Below, piece after piece: positions 1 to 8,366 of a stretch of DNA of 64,000 nucleotides. A program made the position numbers and the translations under genes. A model generated the notes under the pieces. That model saw nothing but the letters and a program-made list of their open reading frames with translations. It did not search any database and was not told where the DNA came from. The stretch is from an uncultured Acidobacteriota bacterium (GTDB taxonomy: Bacteria; Acidobacteriota; Thermoanaerobaculia; UBA5066; Gp7-AA6). Numbering within the stretch: the stretch's first letter is position 1; the number at the start of each line of letters is the position of its first letter. The stretch lies in contig CAVQCH010000005.1 in NCBI GenBank assembly GCA_963710945.1, forward strand, positions 84,135 to 148,134, given 5' to 3'.

Positions 1-48
1 GCTGCACCGGCTGCTTTTCGAGCCCGGCCAGCGGGCAAGGAGGAGCGC

Positions 49-807
49 TTGAGCTTCGTCTCGACGGAAGTCCGCGACGAGGTCGCGGTTCTGACCCTGA
101 ACCGGCCGAAGGCGAACGCCTTTTCGCCCGAAGTCGTCTCCGAGCTCTCCGAGGCGCTGGCCGCCCAGGAGAAGGCGCGCGCCGTCGTTCTCGCCTCGGG
201 CCTGCCCGGCATGTTTTCGGCGGGCTGGGATCTGCCGCTGCTCGTGGATCGCGACCGCGAGGAGATGGAGGCGTTCATCGGCGCGTACTGCGACCTCGTG
301 CGGCAGTTGTTCGTGTTCGGGCCCCCGCTCGTCGCGGCGATGGCGGGCCATGCGATCGCCGGCGGCCTGATCGCGGCGATGGGCGCCGACGAGCGGATCG
401 CGGCCGAGGGCAAGGGAAAGTTCGGCCTCTCGGAGGTCATCCTCGGGGTCTCGGTGCCGGCGTGCCTCATGGAGCCTTTTCGCCACGTGGTCGGCGCGCG
501 GCACATGGAGCGCCTGGCCGCGACCGGGGAAAACGTCGGGGTCGAGCGCGCGCTCGCGATCGGCCTCGTGGACGAAGTCGTCCCCGCCGCCGAGCTGCTC
601 GACCGGGCGGTGGCGCGCGCCCGCTTTCTCGCCGGCCTCGCGGGCGGCGCCTACGCCGCCATCAAGCGGCGCTCCAGAGCGGCGGCGGTGGCGCGCTTCG
701 ACCAGGCGCGCGACCACGACCCCTTCCTCGACTTCTGGTTCAGCGAGGACGCCCGCTTCCGGCTGAACGACATGGTGGCGAGGCTCTCGGGCCGGTCCGC
801 CGGCTGA
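49..807 (+). CDS. enoyl-CoA hydratase/isomerase (crotonase) family protein
   Basis: 252-aa ORF with a TTG start a few nt after AAGGAGG. 'VAVLTLNRPKANAF', 'FSAGWDL' and 'GHAIAGG' segments are typical of the crotonase fold. Confidence 0.85.
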   Translation: MSFVSTEVRDEVAVLTLNRPKANAFSPEVVSELSEALAAQEKARAVVLASGLPGMFSAGWDLPLLVDRDREEMEAFIGAYCDLVRQLFVFGPPLVAAMAGHAIAGGLIAAMGADERIAAEGKGKFGLSEVILGVSVPACLMEPFRHVVGARHMERLAATGENVGVERALAIGLVDEVVPAAELLDRAVARARFLAGLAGGAYAAIKRRSRAAAVARFDQARDHDPFLDFWFSEDARFRLNDMVARLSGRSAG

Positions 808-815
808 GCGCGGGC

Positions 816-2028
816 GTGGTCGGGGCCGACGAGATCCTCGAGGCGCTCGACCTGTCGCGGGCCGAGCCGGGCGTCGGGTTTCTGGAGGCGCTCTTCGTGC
901 GCTTCAACGCCCGGGTGCCGTTCGAGAACGCGTCCAAGATCGTCCGAAACGCCGAGATCGCGGACGCCTTCGCGAAGCCCCGGACTCCCGACGTCTTCTG
1001 GACGGAGCACCTCGAGTCGGGCGCCGGGGGGACATGCTTCGCGCGCGTCGCGGCTTTCCAGGCCCTGCTGACGGAGCTCGGCTTCCGCAGCCGGCGCGTG
1101 CTCGGCCGCGTGGAGCGAGACGACGACCACGCGGCCCTCCTGGTCGAGACGGCGGCGGGGGAGTCCATCGTGGACGTCGGGTTCCCGCTGCCCGCGATCG
1201 TGCCGGCCCGCGGGGGCGCCGCGGCGACGTCGCAGGGAGAGCTCGAGATCGGAAAGACACCGCGGGGCTTTCGCGTCGTGTTCCGCGAGGGCGTGCCGGA
1301 GACGCCGCGGCAGCTGGAGATCTTCGAGGCCGCCGTCCCCGACGAGCGCTACGCGGCCCTCTGGCGCGAGACTTTTCGGCCGGACGCTCGCTTCCTGCGC
1401 GACGTCACGCTGCGCCGCGACCTCGGCAACCGCGTGCTCTCGTACGCCGCCGGGGAGGTGCGCGTGGACGACCTTCACTCGCGCCTGCGCGTGCCGCTGG
1501 CGACCTCCGCCCGAGACGACCCTGTCGGAGCTCTTCGGTGTCGACGGCGAGCTTCTCGCCCGGGCCTTTGCCGCCGCCGGCGGCGCCGTCGCGCCCGCGA
1601 GCCCGGATGCGACGCTGACGGCCTATCTCGAGACCGACGCGCCGGCGGACCGGGCCTTCTCCGCGATCGCGACGCGCGGCGGCTACCGGCGCCTGGTCGG
1701 CGGCGTGGCCGACGTCGTCTCCGAGGCCGACATCCCGGGCGGGTTCCGCCTCGAGCTGGCCGCGCCCTCGGCCGGCGGCGCGGGCCCGTCGCTTACCGAG
1801 GACGTCGCGCCCGACGCGGCGGCGCGCCGGGTCGGCGTCGTGAGGCGCCAGGGGGACGCCGCCTCGGCCTCGGCCTATGCCGTGCTCGAGAAGGCGGGAA
1901 GGACCTACCTCGTGCGCGAAGCCGCGCTGACGGGCCGGAGGGACGACCTCTTGCGCAACGACTCGCTGCGCGGTCGTCTTGCCGGCGCGCTCGCGGTCGA
2001 CCTGCTCGCCTGGACCCGGATGCTCTGA
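816..2028 (+). CDS. arylamine N-acetyltransferase-like protein with a C-terminal SRPBCC-like extension. Reading frame shifts near 1500-1512 as sequenced.
   Basis: GTG at 816. NAT hallmarks: 'RVPFENASKI', the catalytic-Cys context 'GGTCFARVAAFQALLTELGF', 'DHAALLV', 'VDVGF'. After 'RVPLA' the sensible translation continues in the +1 frame ('ETTLSELFGVDGELLARAF...') to the stop at 2028. Confidence 0.5.
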
Positions 2029-2032
2029 CGGC

Positions 2033-2808
2033 TCAGAACCGGAAGCTTCTCTCCGAGTCGAGCAGCCTCAACCGGGGCTCGCGCAACGACGCCACCTCGC
2101 GCCGGATGCGGGAGGCCGAGGGCGGCTTCATGTGGTACAGGTAGACGGGCACGTCCGGCGGCGCCTTGGCGAGCTCGCCGGGGAGCAGTCGCGGCGTCAG
2201 GTGGCAGGACGCCCGCGCCACCGCCTCCTGCGCGTCGGAAAACGAGACTTCGAGAAAGATCGCCTTGAGATCCCGCGCGCGCCGCGCGTGCGCCCAGATC
2301 CGCTCGGTCGGCATCGTGTCGCCGGAGAACAGGACGGAGCGCCCGGGCTTCGAGACGAAGTATCCGTAGGCGGGAACCAGGTGATCGACGGGAAGGGGCA
2401 CGAGCGTCATCGCGCCCGCCCGGAAGGGACGCTCCGGCGCCACCGCCCGGTAGACGAGCGTGGGCCGCCGGCGCGAGGGCAGGCGCGAGAAGTCCGGCCA
2501 CGCCTCGTCGTTGAAGACGTTGCGTCGCAGCACCGCGAGCACCGACGGGGGAGCGATGACCGCGAGCGGCTCGCGCCGGCCGTAGAGGTTCTCGACGAGA
2601 AACGGCAGCGACGCGACGTGGTCGAGGTGGGCGTGCGTCAGCACGACACGGCGGATACGCCGTTGCGCTGCCAGAGGCAGAGACTCGGTCAACGATCCTG
2701 CGTCGAGGGCGGTTTCGCCGTCGAGGAGGAAGGTCGTCATGCGGTAGCCCGGCGCCGAGCCGCCGTAGGGCCCGAGCGCGCGGACGGCGAGCGATTTGCG
2801 GGCGGACA
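2033..2808 (-). CDS. MBL-fold metallo-hydrolase (class II cyclic-nucleotide phosphodiesterase-like)
   Basis: C-terminal part of the long minus-strand ORF. 'THAHLDHVASLPFL' is an HxHxDH metal motif. A GTG at 2808 gives an 'LAVRALGPYGG' N-terminal strand; an alternative ATG lies at 2740. Confidence 0.75.
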
Positions 2809-2847
2809 CGCGCCCGATTGTACGGGATCGCCCGGCCGCGGGACGGG

Positions 2848-5841
2848 CTAGAAGTCCGGCCCGATGTAGAAGAGCAGCTTGTAGTTGCCGCAGCTCGTAT
2901 CCAGACCGGTTGCGGCGCATTGGGCGGGGCTCAGGGTGTGCTTGATGTTCCACTGGCGCGCGAAGTCGAAGTGGAGCGGCAGCCCGAGGAAGTTCAGCTC
3001 GAGGCCGAAGCCGTAGTCGGCCAGGCCGCCGGTCGACCCGTGGCAGCCCGGGACTTCCACGCCGCGGGTGCCGCAGAGCTCGTAGTCCGACCAGAACTGG
3101 AACGGCTGGTTCTTCAACGCCGCGCCGCCGATGTCCACGAAGGCCTTGCCGCGGATGTCGCGGAAGCCGAGGATCGGCGTTGCGATGAAGTCGATGAGCG
3201 GGAAACGGAACTCGACGTTCAGGAACGCGGCGGTGTTTCCGATGATGCCGTAGATCGGCAGCGCCCGGAGAGTGTCGAGGCCGCCGAAGGACAGGGCATC
3301 GGGCAGGTTGCCGGCGGCGCGGAATCCGTACAGGCGGGCCGCGATGAGCGAGCGCTTCGTGATCTTCCAGTAGTGGACCAGGTCGAGCGTCGTGTCGAAA
3401 GTCAACGTCGGGCCGCTCGAGCCCACCGGCTTCGTCCCGCCGGTGAAGGGGGCATAGCTGAGGCCGAGCGAAACCTTGCGTCCCGAGATCGGGCCGAACT
3501 GCTCGTAGATGGCGGTGTCGCCGACGAGCTTGGCGCCGAAGATCGGAAAGTTGTTCTGCGTCGGAATGGGGACGGCCGCGCCCTTTCCGTCGAAGGCCGT
3601 CGGATCCCAAACGGGGTAGCCGTCGTACTGGCGCGACAGGAAGCCGGCGTTTCCTTCGAGGCGGTAGTAGCGGTTGAGCGGGTAGGCGCCGAAGAGGTTC
3701 CCGCCGATGTACTTGTAGGCGCTCCGGCCCCGCTCGACCTGACCCTGCGTGTTGATGAAGGTGTAGTAGTACTGATTGTAGAAACCCTGGATTCCCTTCT
3801 GCAGCCGCTGGGACAGATCCACGTAGGCCGCCTCGTAGTTCACGAAGCTGGAGACGGACTGGATGGCCAGGGCGAGCTTGCGGTCGCCGAGGTTGTCGCC
3901 GAAGACGATGTACGTGTTCGAGAAGAAGGTCTGGTCCGTCCCGTAGCCGACGTTGACGCCGGCGTCCTCGATGGTGAGCTTGTGGCCCGGCCTCTTCTCG
4001 ATCTTCTCCGGGTCGATCGCGACCTCGATGGGCGGCTGATACGGCGGGATCGTCGTCGGTCCGGCCGGCGAGGGGGCCGGGTTCAACTCGGCGAGCTTGT
4101 GGAACGGCTTCTTCGCGTCGGTCACGTACAGCAGGAAGCGGCGCTTGAAGTAGGCCGAAAACACCAGGCGCTCGCTGCCGTCGCGGCCCACGAGGACGGT
4201 CGGCGAGAAGCAGCCGCCGACCACGTTGGTGTAGGCGCTGGTTTCGCCGTTCTCGAGATTGATCGCGTAGATGTTGTAGATGCCGTTGACCCGGTCCGAC
4301 GCGTAGAAGAGCGTCTTGCCGTCGGGGGACACCGAAGCGTCCTCGTCGTTCCAGTCGCCGTACGTGATCTGCTCGCGGGATCCGGGCACGCCCGGCTTGA
4401 TGCGGAAGATCTTCGCCTTGCGGCCCTGCACGGAGGAGAAATAGAGCCACTGGCCGTCGGGCGAGTAGGCCGGCGCGAAGTCGTAGGCGTCGTCGTTGGT
4501 CACGTTGACGATCGCCTTGGTGTCGAGGTTGTACGCGAAGATGTCGGAGCGCCCGTTCTGGATCGCGCGGAAGACCACGGTGCGGCCATCCGGGGAGAAC
4601 GCCGGGTTCAGCTGCTGGTCCAGGTTCGGCATCGGGATGAGCCCGCCGAGCTCGCCGTCGAGGGCGTTGAGCAGCAGCAGCTCGCGGCCGCGCTCGCGGC
4701 GCACGAACACCGCGATCGTGTTGCCGTCGGGCGAGACGGCCAGGTCCACGCCCCCGATCGGCCCGGTGGTCAGCCACTGGGCGACGATGTACTCGTAGTC
4801 GGTCTTGTAGCCCTTGGTCAGGTTCTTGAAGAGCTTGCGGTCGCGGGCGGACACGACGACCACGTTGGCGTCCTCGTCCACCGTCGAGATGGCCGCGCCG
4901 AGGTCGCCGGAGGGGAAGGCGCGCACCGACATCTCGATCGAGCTGTCCTCGTCGGAGATCCGCACGCGGTCGCCGAAGTCGATCGGCTCGCCCGTCTCGG
5001 TCAGCATCTTGATGTAGCGCTGGCGCAGGTAGCGCCGGAACTTGATGTCGAACTCCTCGGCGGAGACGCCGAAGGTGCGCTTCAGGACCTTGTCGATGTT
5101 GGGCCCGAGCTGGCCCCGGTACTCGAACACGAAGTCGCGCACGCCGTCGGGCCCCCACTCGGACTTCATGAAGTCGAAGACGGCGTGGCCGAAGCGGTAG
5201 GCGAAGAACCCGTAGATCTGGCGCTCGGCGATCTCGGGCACCTGGTCGTTCAGCACGGAGTCGCGCAGGACCATCTCGTCCTTGCTGTCCTCGTCGTTGC
5301 CGAAGTAGGAGGCCATGCCCTCGGTCAGCCACTGCGGCGCGCCGGAGGTGTAGGCGCGGATGAAGTTGCCGCCGAAGAAGATCTCGAACTGGAAGACGTG
5401 GGTCAGCTCGTGCGCGATGAGCTTGGAGAGCTTCTCGTCGGGCAGGTCGACGGGAAGCACCATGCGGTTGCGGGTGGGCAGGGCGAAGGCGCCGATGCCC
5501 TCCGGGATGAACTGGCTCAGGGTGTTGGTCTGCTCGAACTCCGAGTGGGTCGAGTAGTAGATGAGGTTGATGGGTTTCGGGATCTGGTAGTTCAGGGCGC
5601 GGGAGATGTCGTCGTACGCGCTCTCGGCGTAGGAGGCGACTTTCTGGAGGGACACCGCGTCGCGGTCGTAGAAGTAGATCGCGAAATGCGTCGAGTGGTA
5701 GATCTTCCACTGGAACGAGTCGTAGACGATCTTGTTCTGGCCGAAGTACTCGTAGTAGGGGGAGATGATCTGGCCGGACGCCGCGGGGGCGGAAACCAGG
5801 GCGACGGCGGCCAGAGCAGCGGCGAGAAGGGCTTTCTTCAT
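2848..5841 (-). CDS. 997-aa outer-membrane chimera: MA-clan metallopeptidase-like N-domain, TolB-like PD40 beta-propeller and Omp85/surface-antigen-like C-terminal beta-barrel
   Basis: Signal peptide 'MKKALLAAALAAVALVSAPAASG'. 'HELTH' (HExxH) plus 'WLTEGMASYF'. Repeated 'SPDG' blades ('VSPDGNTIAVF', 'FSPDGRTVVF', 'YSPDGQWLYF', 'VSPDGKTLFYASDR'). Aromatic-rich alternating C-terminus ending 'LLFYIGPDF'. Confidence 0.85.
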   Translation of the reverse strand: MKKALLAAALAAVALVSAPAASGQIISPYYEYFGQNKIVYDSFQWKIYHSTHFAIYFYDRDAVSLQKVASYAESAYDDISRALNYQIPKPINLIYYSTHSEFEQTNTLSQFIPEGIGAFALPTRNRMVLPVDLPDEKLSKLIAHELTHVFQFEIFFGGNFIRAYTSGAPQWLTEGMASYFGNDEDSKDEMVLRDSVLNDQVPEIAERQIYGFFAYRFGHAVFDFMKSEWGPDGVRDFVFEYRGQLGPNIDKVLKRTFGVSAEEFDIKFRRYLRQRYIKMLTETGEPIDFGDRVRISDEDSSIEMSVRAFPSGDLGAAISTVDEDANVVVVSARDRKLFKNLTKGYKTDYEYIVAQWLTTGPIGGVDLAVSPDGNTIAVFVRRERGRELLLLNALDGELGGLIPMPNLDQQLNPAFSPDGRTVVFRAIQNGRSDIFAYNLDTKAIVNVTNDDAYDFAPAYSPDGQWLYFSSVQGRKAKIFRIKPGVPGSREQITYGDWNDEDASVSPDGKTLFYASDRVNGIYNIYAINLENGETSAYTNVVGGCFSPTVLVGRDGSERLVFSAYFKRRFLLYVTDAKKPFHKLAELNPAPSPAGPTTIPPYQPPIEVAIDPEKIEKRPGHKLTIEDAGVNVGYGTDQTFFSNTYIVFGDNLGDRKLALAIQSVSSFVNYEAAYVDLSQRLQKGIQGFYNQYYYTFINTQGQVERGRSAYKYIGGNLFGAYPLNRYYRLEGNAGFLSRQYDGYPVWDPTAFDGKGAAVPIPTQNNFPIFGAKLVGDTAIYEQFGPISGRKVSLGLSYAPFTGGTKPVGSSGPTLTFDTTLDLVHYWKITKRSLIAARLYGFRAAGNLPDALSFGGLDTLRALPIYGIIGNTAAFLNVEFRFPLIDFIATPILGFRDIRGKAFVDIGGAALKNQPFQFWSDYELCGTRGVEVPGCHGSTGGLADYGFGLELNFLGLPLHFDFARQWNIKHTLSPAQCAATGLDTSCGNYKLLFYIGPDF

Positions 5842-5859
5842 CGTGGCTCGGACAGCCGC

Positions 5860-6573
5860 TCAATCGGTGAAGATGTACCGCTCGGCCTCGCGGTCGCGCG
5901 GGACGAACGTGTTCAGGATCTGGTTCTCCAGCGAGAAGAGGTTCTCGAAGAGCCCCTGCAATTCGTCGCGGTTGCGGCTGCCCGTCTGGCGGAAGTCCTT
6001 GAACTCGTCCTGCAGGAGCTTTTCGCCCGTGCGGCCCTCGAGCACGAGAAAGACGATGTCGAAGACGAACCCCGTCTGCTCGACGTAGACCTGCCGGTAG
6101 TACGTGCGCCCGTCGATCGGGGACTGGTACTCCTCGGTCTTGTATCCCGAGCGGTCCTCGACCTTGAACTCGAGGCTTCCCGAGACGATGAGCTCGGCCG
6201 AAGTCTGCGCCCCGACGGCGGCCCAGAATTCCTGCGCCCGGGAAAGGTCCGCCAGGTTCTGGGTCGGCAGCTTCACGTCGGGCGGCGTCTCGATGACTTC
6301 GAACTTCGTCTTCTTCTCGAGCTGCTTCTTCAGGAAGCGGTGGAACTCGGCCTGCACGTCGACGTTCTGGAGGCGCTTGTCCTTGGCCTTCTCCGGGTCC
6401 GCGACCAGGATGAAGGGCGCGAGCGCGATCCGCTCGTTGCCGCGCAGCGGGAGCTTCGGCCGCAGCGGCAGGCGCAGCTTGACCTGGTCCACGCCCGCCA
6501 GGGCGGGGGAGGCCGCGAGGACCAGCGCGAGCAGTCCGGCGGCCGCGGCGCGCAGACGCGTGCTAAGGCGCAC
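5860..6573 (-). CDS. hypothetical secreted protein
   Basis: 237-aa ORF with a GTG start and signal peptide 'RLRAAAAGLLALVLAASPALAG'. Tightly packed between the flanking minus-strand genes. No family recognised. Confidence 0.65.
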   Translation of the reverse strand: MRLSTRLRAAAAGLLALVLAASPALAGVDQVKLRLPLRPKLPLRGNERIALAPFILVADPEKAKDKRLQNVDVQAEFHRFLKKQLEKKTKFEVIETPPDVKLPTQNLADLSRAQEFWAAVGAQTSAELIVSGSLEFKVEDRSGYKTEEYQSPIDGRTYYRQVYVEQTGFVFDIVFLVLEGRTGEKLLQDEFKDFRQTGSRNRDELQGLFENLFSLENQILNTFVPRDREAERYIFTD

Positions 6574-6932
6574 CGGCGGCCTTTCCGGTCGTCTTCGTGT
6601 ACGCCGTGTAGAACTCGGCGAAGCGCGCGTAGTTGCGGCGGATGTAGTTGTTGTTCGGGTCGATCTCGAGCGCCTTCTTGTACTCGGCCAGCGCTTGCGC
6701 GAAATCGCCGCTCGCCTCGAGCGACACCGCGAGGTTGTTGTGCGCGCGGGCGTTGTTGGGGTCCTTCTGTGACGGCCTGCTCGTAGCGGAAGGCCGCTTC
6801 GCGCCAGAGTCCCTTCTTCGCGACGGCGGTGCCGAAGGCGATCTGCGTCGAGGCCTTCTCCGGATGGGAGTAGGAAGTGCAGGCTCCCGCGACAACTAGT
6901 AAGGAGAGAACGACGGTGCGATCTAGCTTCAA
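6563..6932 (-). CDS. TPR-repeat lipoprotein. One frame disruption near 6768-6775 as sequenced.
   Basis: N-terminus 'MKLDRTVVLSLLVVAGAC' (lipobox) is in one frame. The TPR text 'KDPNNARAHNNLAVSLEASGDFAQALAEYKKALEIDPNN' is in the adjacent frame. The junction lies at 'YEQAV/QKDPNN'. Confidence 0.6.
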
Positions 6933-7042
6933 GCGGCTCCTTCGTCGCGCGTCTCGCGGCAGGGTCGGTATTATAGGTTTCCTGTCCCCCGGGAACCGGG
7001 GAATTGTCGATCCGCTTTTTTGATGAGGAATCCGTTAAAGCG

Positions 7043-8155
7043 GTGAACCGGACCGGCCCTTCGCGCTGTGCCGCCCTCTCCTGGGCGCGCGGGCGGGAGC
7101 TGACGCCCCAGCGCCTCTGGCCCGTCCTGCGCGCGCGCGGCGGGGTCGAGGCGCTGCTGGCCTCGTCGGAGGACGAGCTGTCCTCTCTGTTGGGCTCTCC
7201 GGCGCTCGCGCGAGCGGTGCTTCGCGCTCCGGAGGACGCCGAGGCGCAGCGCTGGGCCGCCTCCTTCGAGCGTTCGGGGCTTCGCCTCGTGACGGCCTTC
7301 GACGAGGAGTACCCCGACGCGCTCGGCGAGATCGCCGACCCGCCCTTCGTCCTCTTCGCCCTCGGCCGCCTCGAGCGCCTGCGCCTGCCGGCCGTGGCGA
7401 TCGTCGGCTCGCGCGACGCCTCCCGCTACGGAATGGACGTGGCCTGGCGCCTGGCGCAGGAGCTCTCGGGCGCCGGGGTCGCGGTCGTATCCGGATTCGC
7501 CCGCGGGGTGGACGCCGCCGCCCACGAGGCGGCCCTCGACGGCCCGGGCGGGACGATCGCCGTGCTCGGGTGCGGGCTGGACGTGGACTATCCCCGCGAG
7601 CACCGCCGGCTCAAGGAGCGCCTGGCCGCGGACCACCTGCTTCTCTCGGAGTACCCGCCGGGCACCGAGCCCCGTCCCCAGAACTTCCCGATAAGAAACC
7701 GAATCATCGCCGGTCTTTCGGCGGGCGTCGTCGTCGTCGAGGCCTCGCGCCGCTCGGGGTCTCTGATCACCGCGCGCCTGGCCAACGACTTCGGCCGCGA
7801 CGTCTTTGCCGTTCCCGGCTCGGTCTTCTCGCCGACGTCGGCCGGGGCGCACGAGCTCCTGCGCGACGGCGCGATCCTCTGCCGCGGCGCCGAGGACGTG
7901 CTCGCCGAGCTCTTCCCGTCGGTCGGCACGCCGCGCCCGGCGGCCGCCGGTCCGGCGATCCCGGCGGCGGAGCTGTCGGTCGAGGCGCGCCGCATCTTCG
8001 AGGCGCTGTGCCGCGAGGAGTCGCTCTCGGCCGAGGAGCTCGCGCAGGCCCTCGACCTGCCGGCCGCCGCCGTGCTCGCCAGCCTCTTCGAGCTCGAAGG
8101 AGCGGGCGTGGCGCTACCGGTCGAAGGAGGGAGGTACGGGGTGGCGCGGAGGTGA
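7043..8155 (+). CDS. dprA: DNA-processing protein DprA (Smf)
   Basis: 'VAIVGSRDASRYG', 'GFARGVDAAAHEAAL', 'FPIRNRIIAGLS', 'VVVEASRRSGSLITA'. Start uncertain: GTG at 7043 or TTG at 7004. Confidence 0.85.
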   Translation: MNRTGPSRCAALSWARGRELTPQRLWPVLRARGGVEALLASSEDELSSLLGSPALARAVLRAPEDAEAQRWAASFERSGLRLVTAFDEEYPDALGEIADPPFVLFALGRLERLRLPAVAIVGSRDASRYGMDVAWRLAQELSGAGVAVVSGFARGVDAAAHEAALDGPGGTIAVLGCGLDVDYPREHRRLKERLAADHLLLSEYPPGTEPRPQNFPIRNRIIAGLSAGVVVVEASRRSGSLITARLANDFGRDVFAVPGSVFSPTSAGAHELLRDGAILCRGAEDVLAELFPSVGTPRPAAAGPAIPAAELSVEARRIFEALCREESLSAEELAQALDLPAAAVLASLFELEGAGVALPVEGGRYGVARR

Positions 8156-8224
8156 GGGGACGGGATGCGGTGCGGGATACGCGATGCGGGATACGCGATG
8201 CGGGATGCGGGATGCGGGATACGG
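8156..8224 (+). repeat. tandem heptanucleotide repeat array (GCGGGAT / ACGCGAT units) between dprA and topA
   Basis: Read directly: gcgggat acgcgat gcgggat acgcgat gcgggat gcgggat gcgggat, starting at 8172, preceded by degenerate units. Multiple GGG tracts. Confidence 0.9.
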
Positions 8225-8366
8225 TTTGCAGGAGACGGGAAGCAAAGGCTTTAGCCTGCATCACGCGTCCCGAGACTCGCATCCCTGGAATAGGCTCTTG
8301 TTGCGACCTTCTGCAACAGGCCGGTTTGCTCTTTCTTCCTTGATGTGAGACCGTCCGTCGCCCTAA

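Noticed and set aside
462-2144. A 560-aa ORF, and many similar very long ORFs, that run in alternative frames or antisense to recognisable genes. Examples: 2818-6786, 7767-10517, 8834-11389, 14970-17996, 28739-31228, 33294-35921, 54308-56407, 59744-62464 (N-terminal part), 60997-62907.
   Set aside because: Their translations are Arg/Ala/Gly/Pro-rich low-complexity text with no motifs. They overlap genes with clear family signatures. Open frames of this kind are expected by chance at about 70% GC because stop codons are AT-rich.
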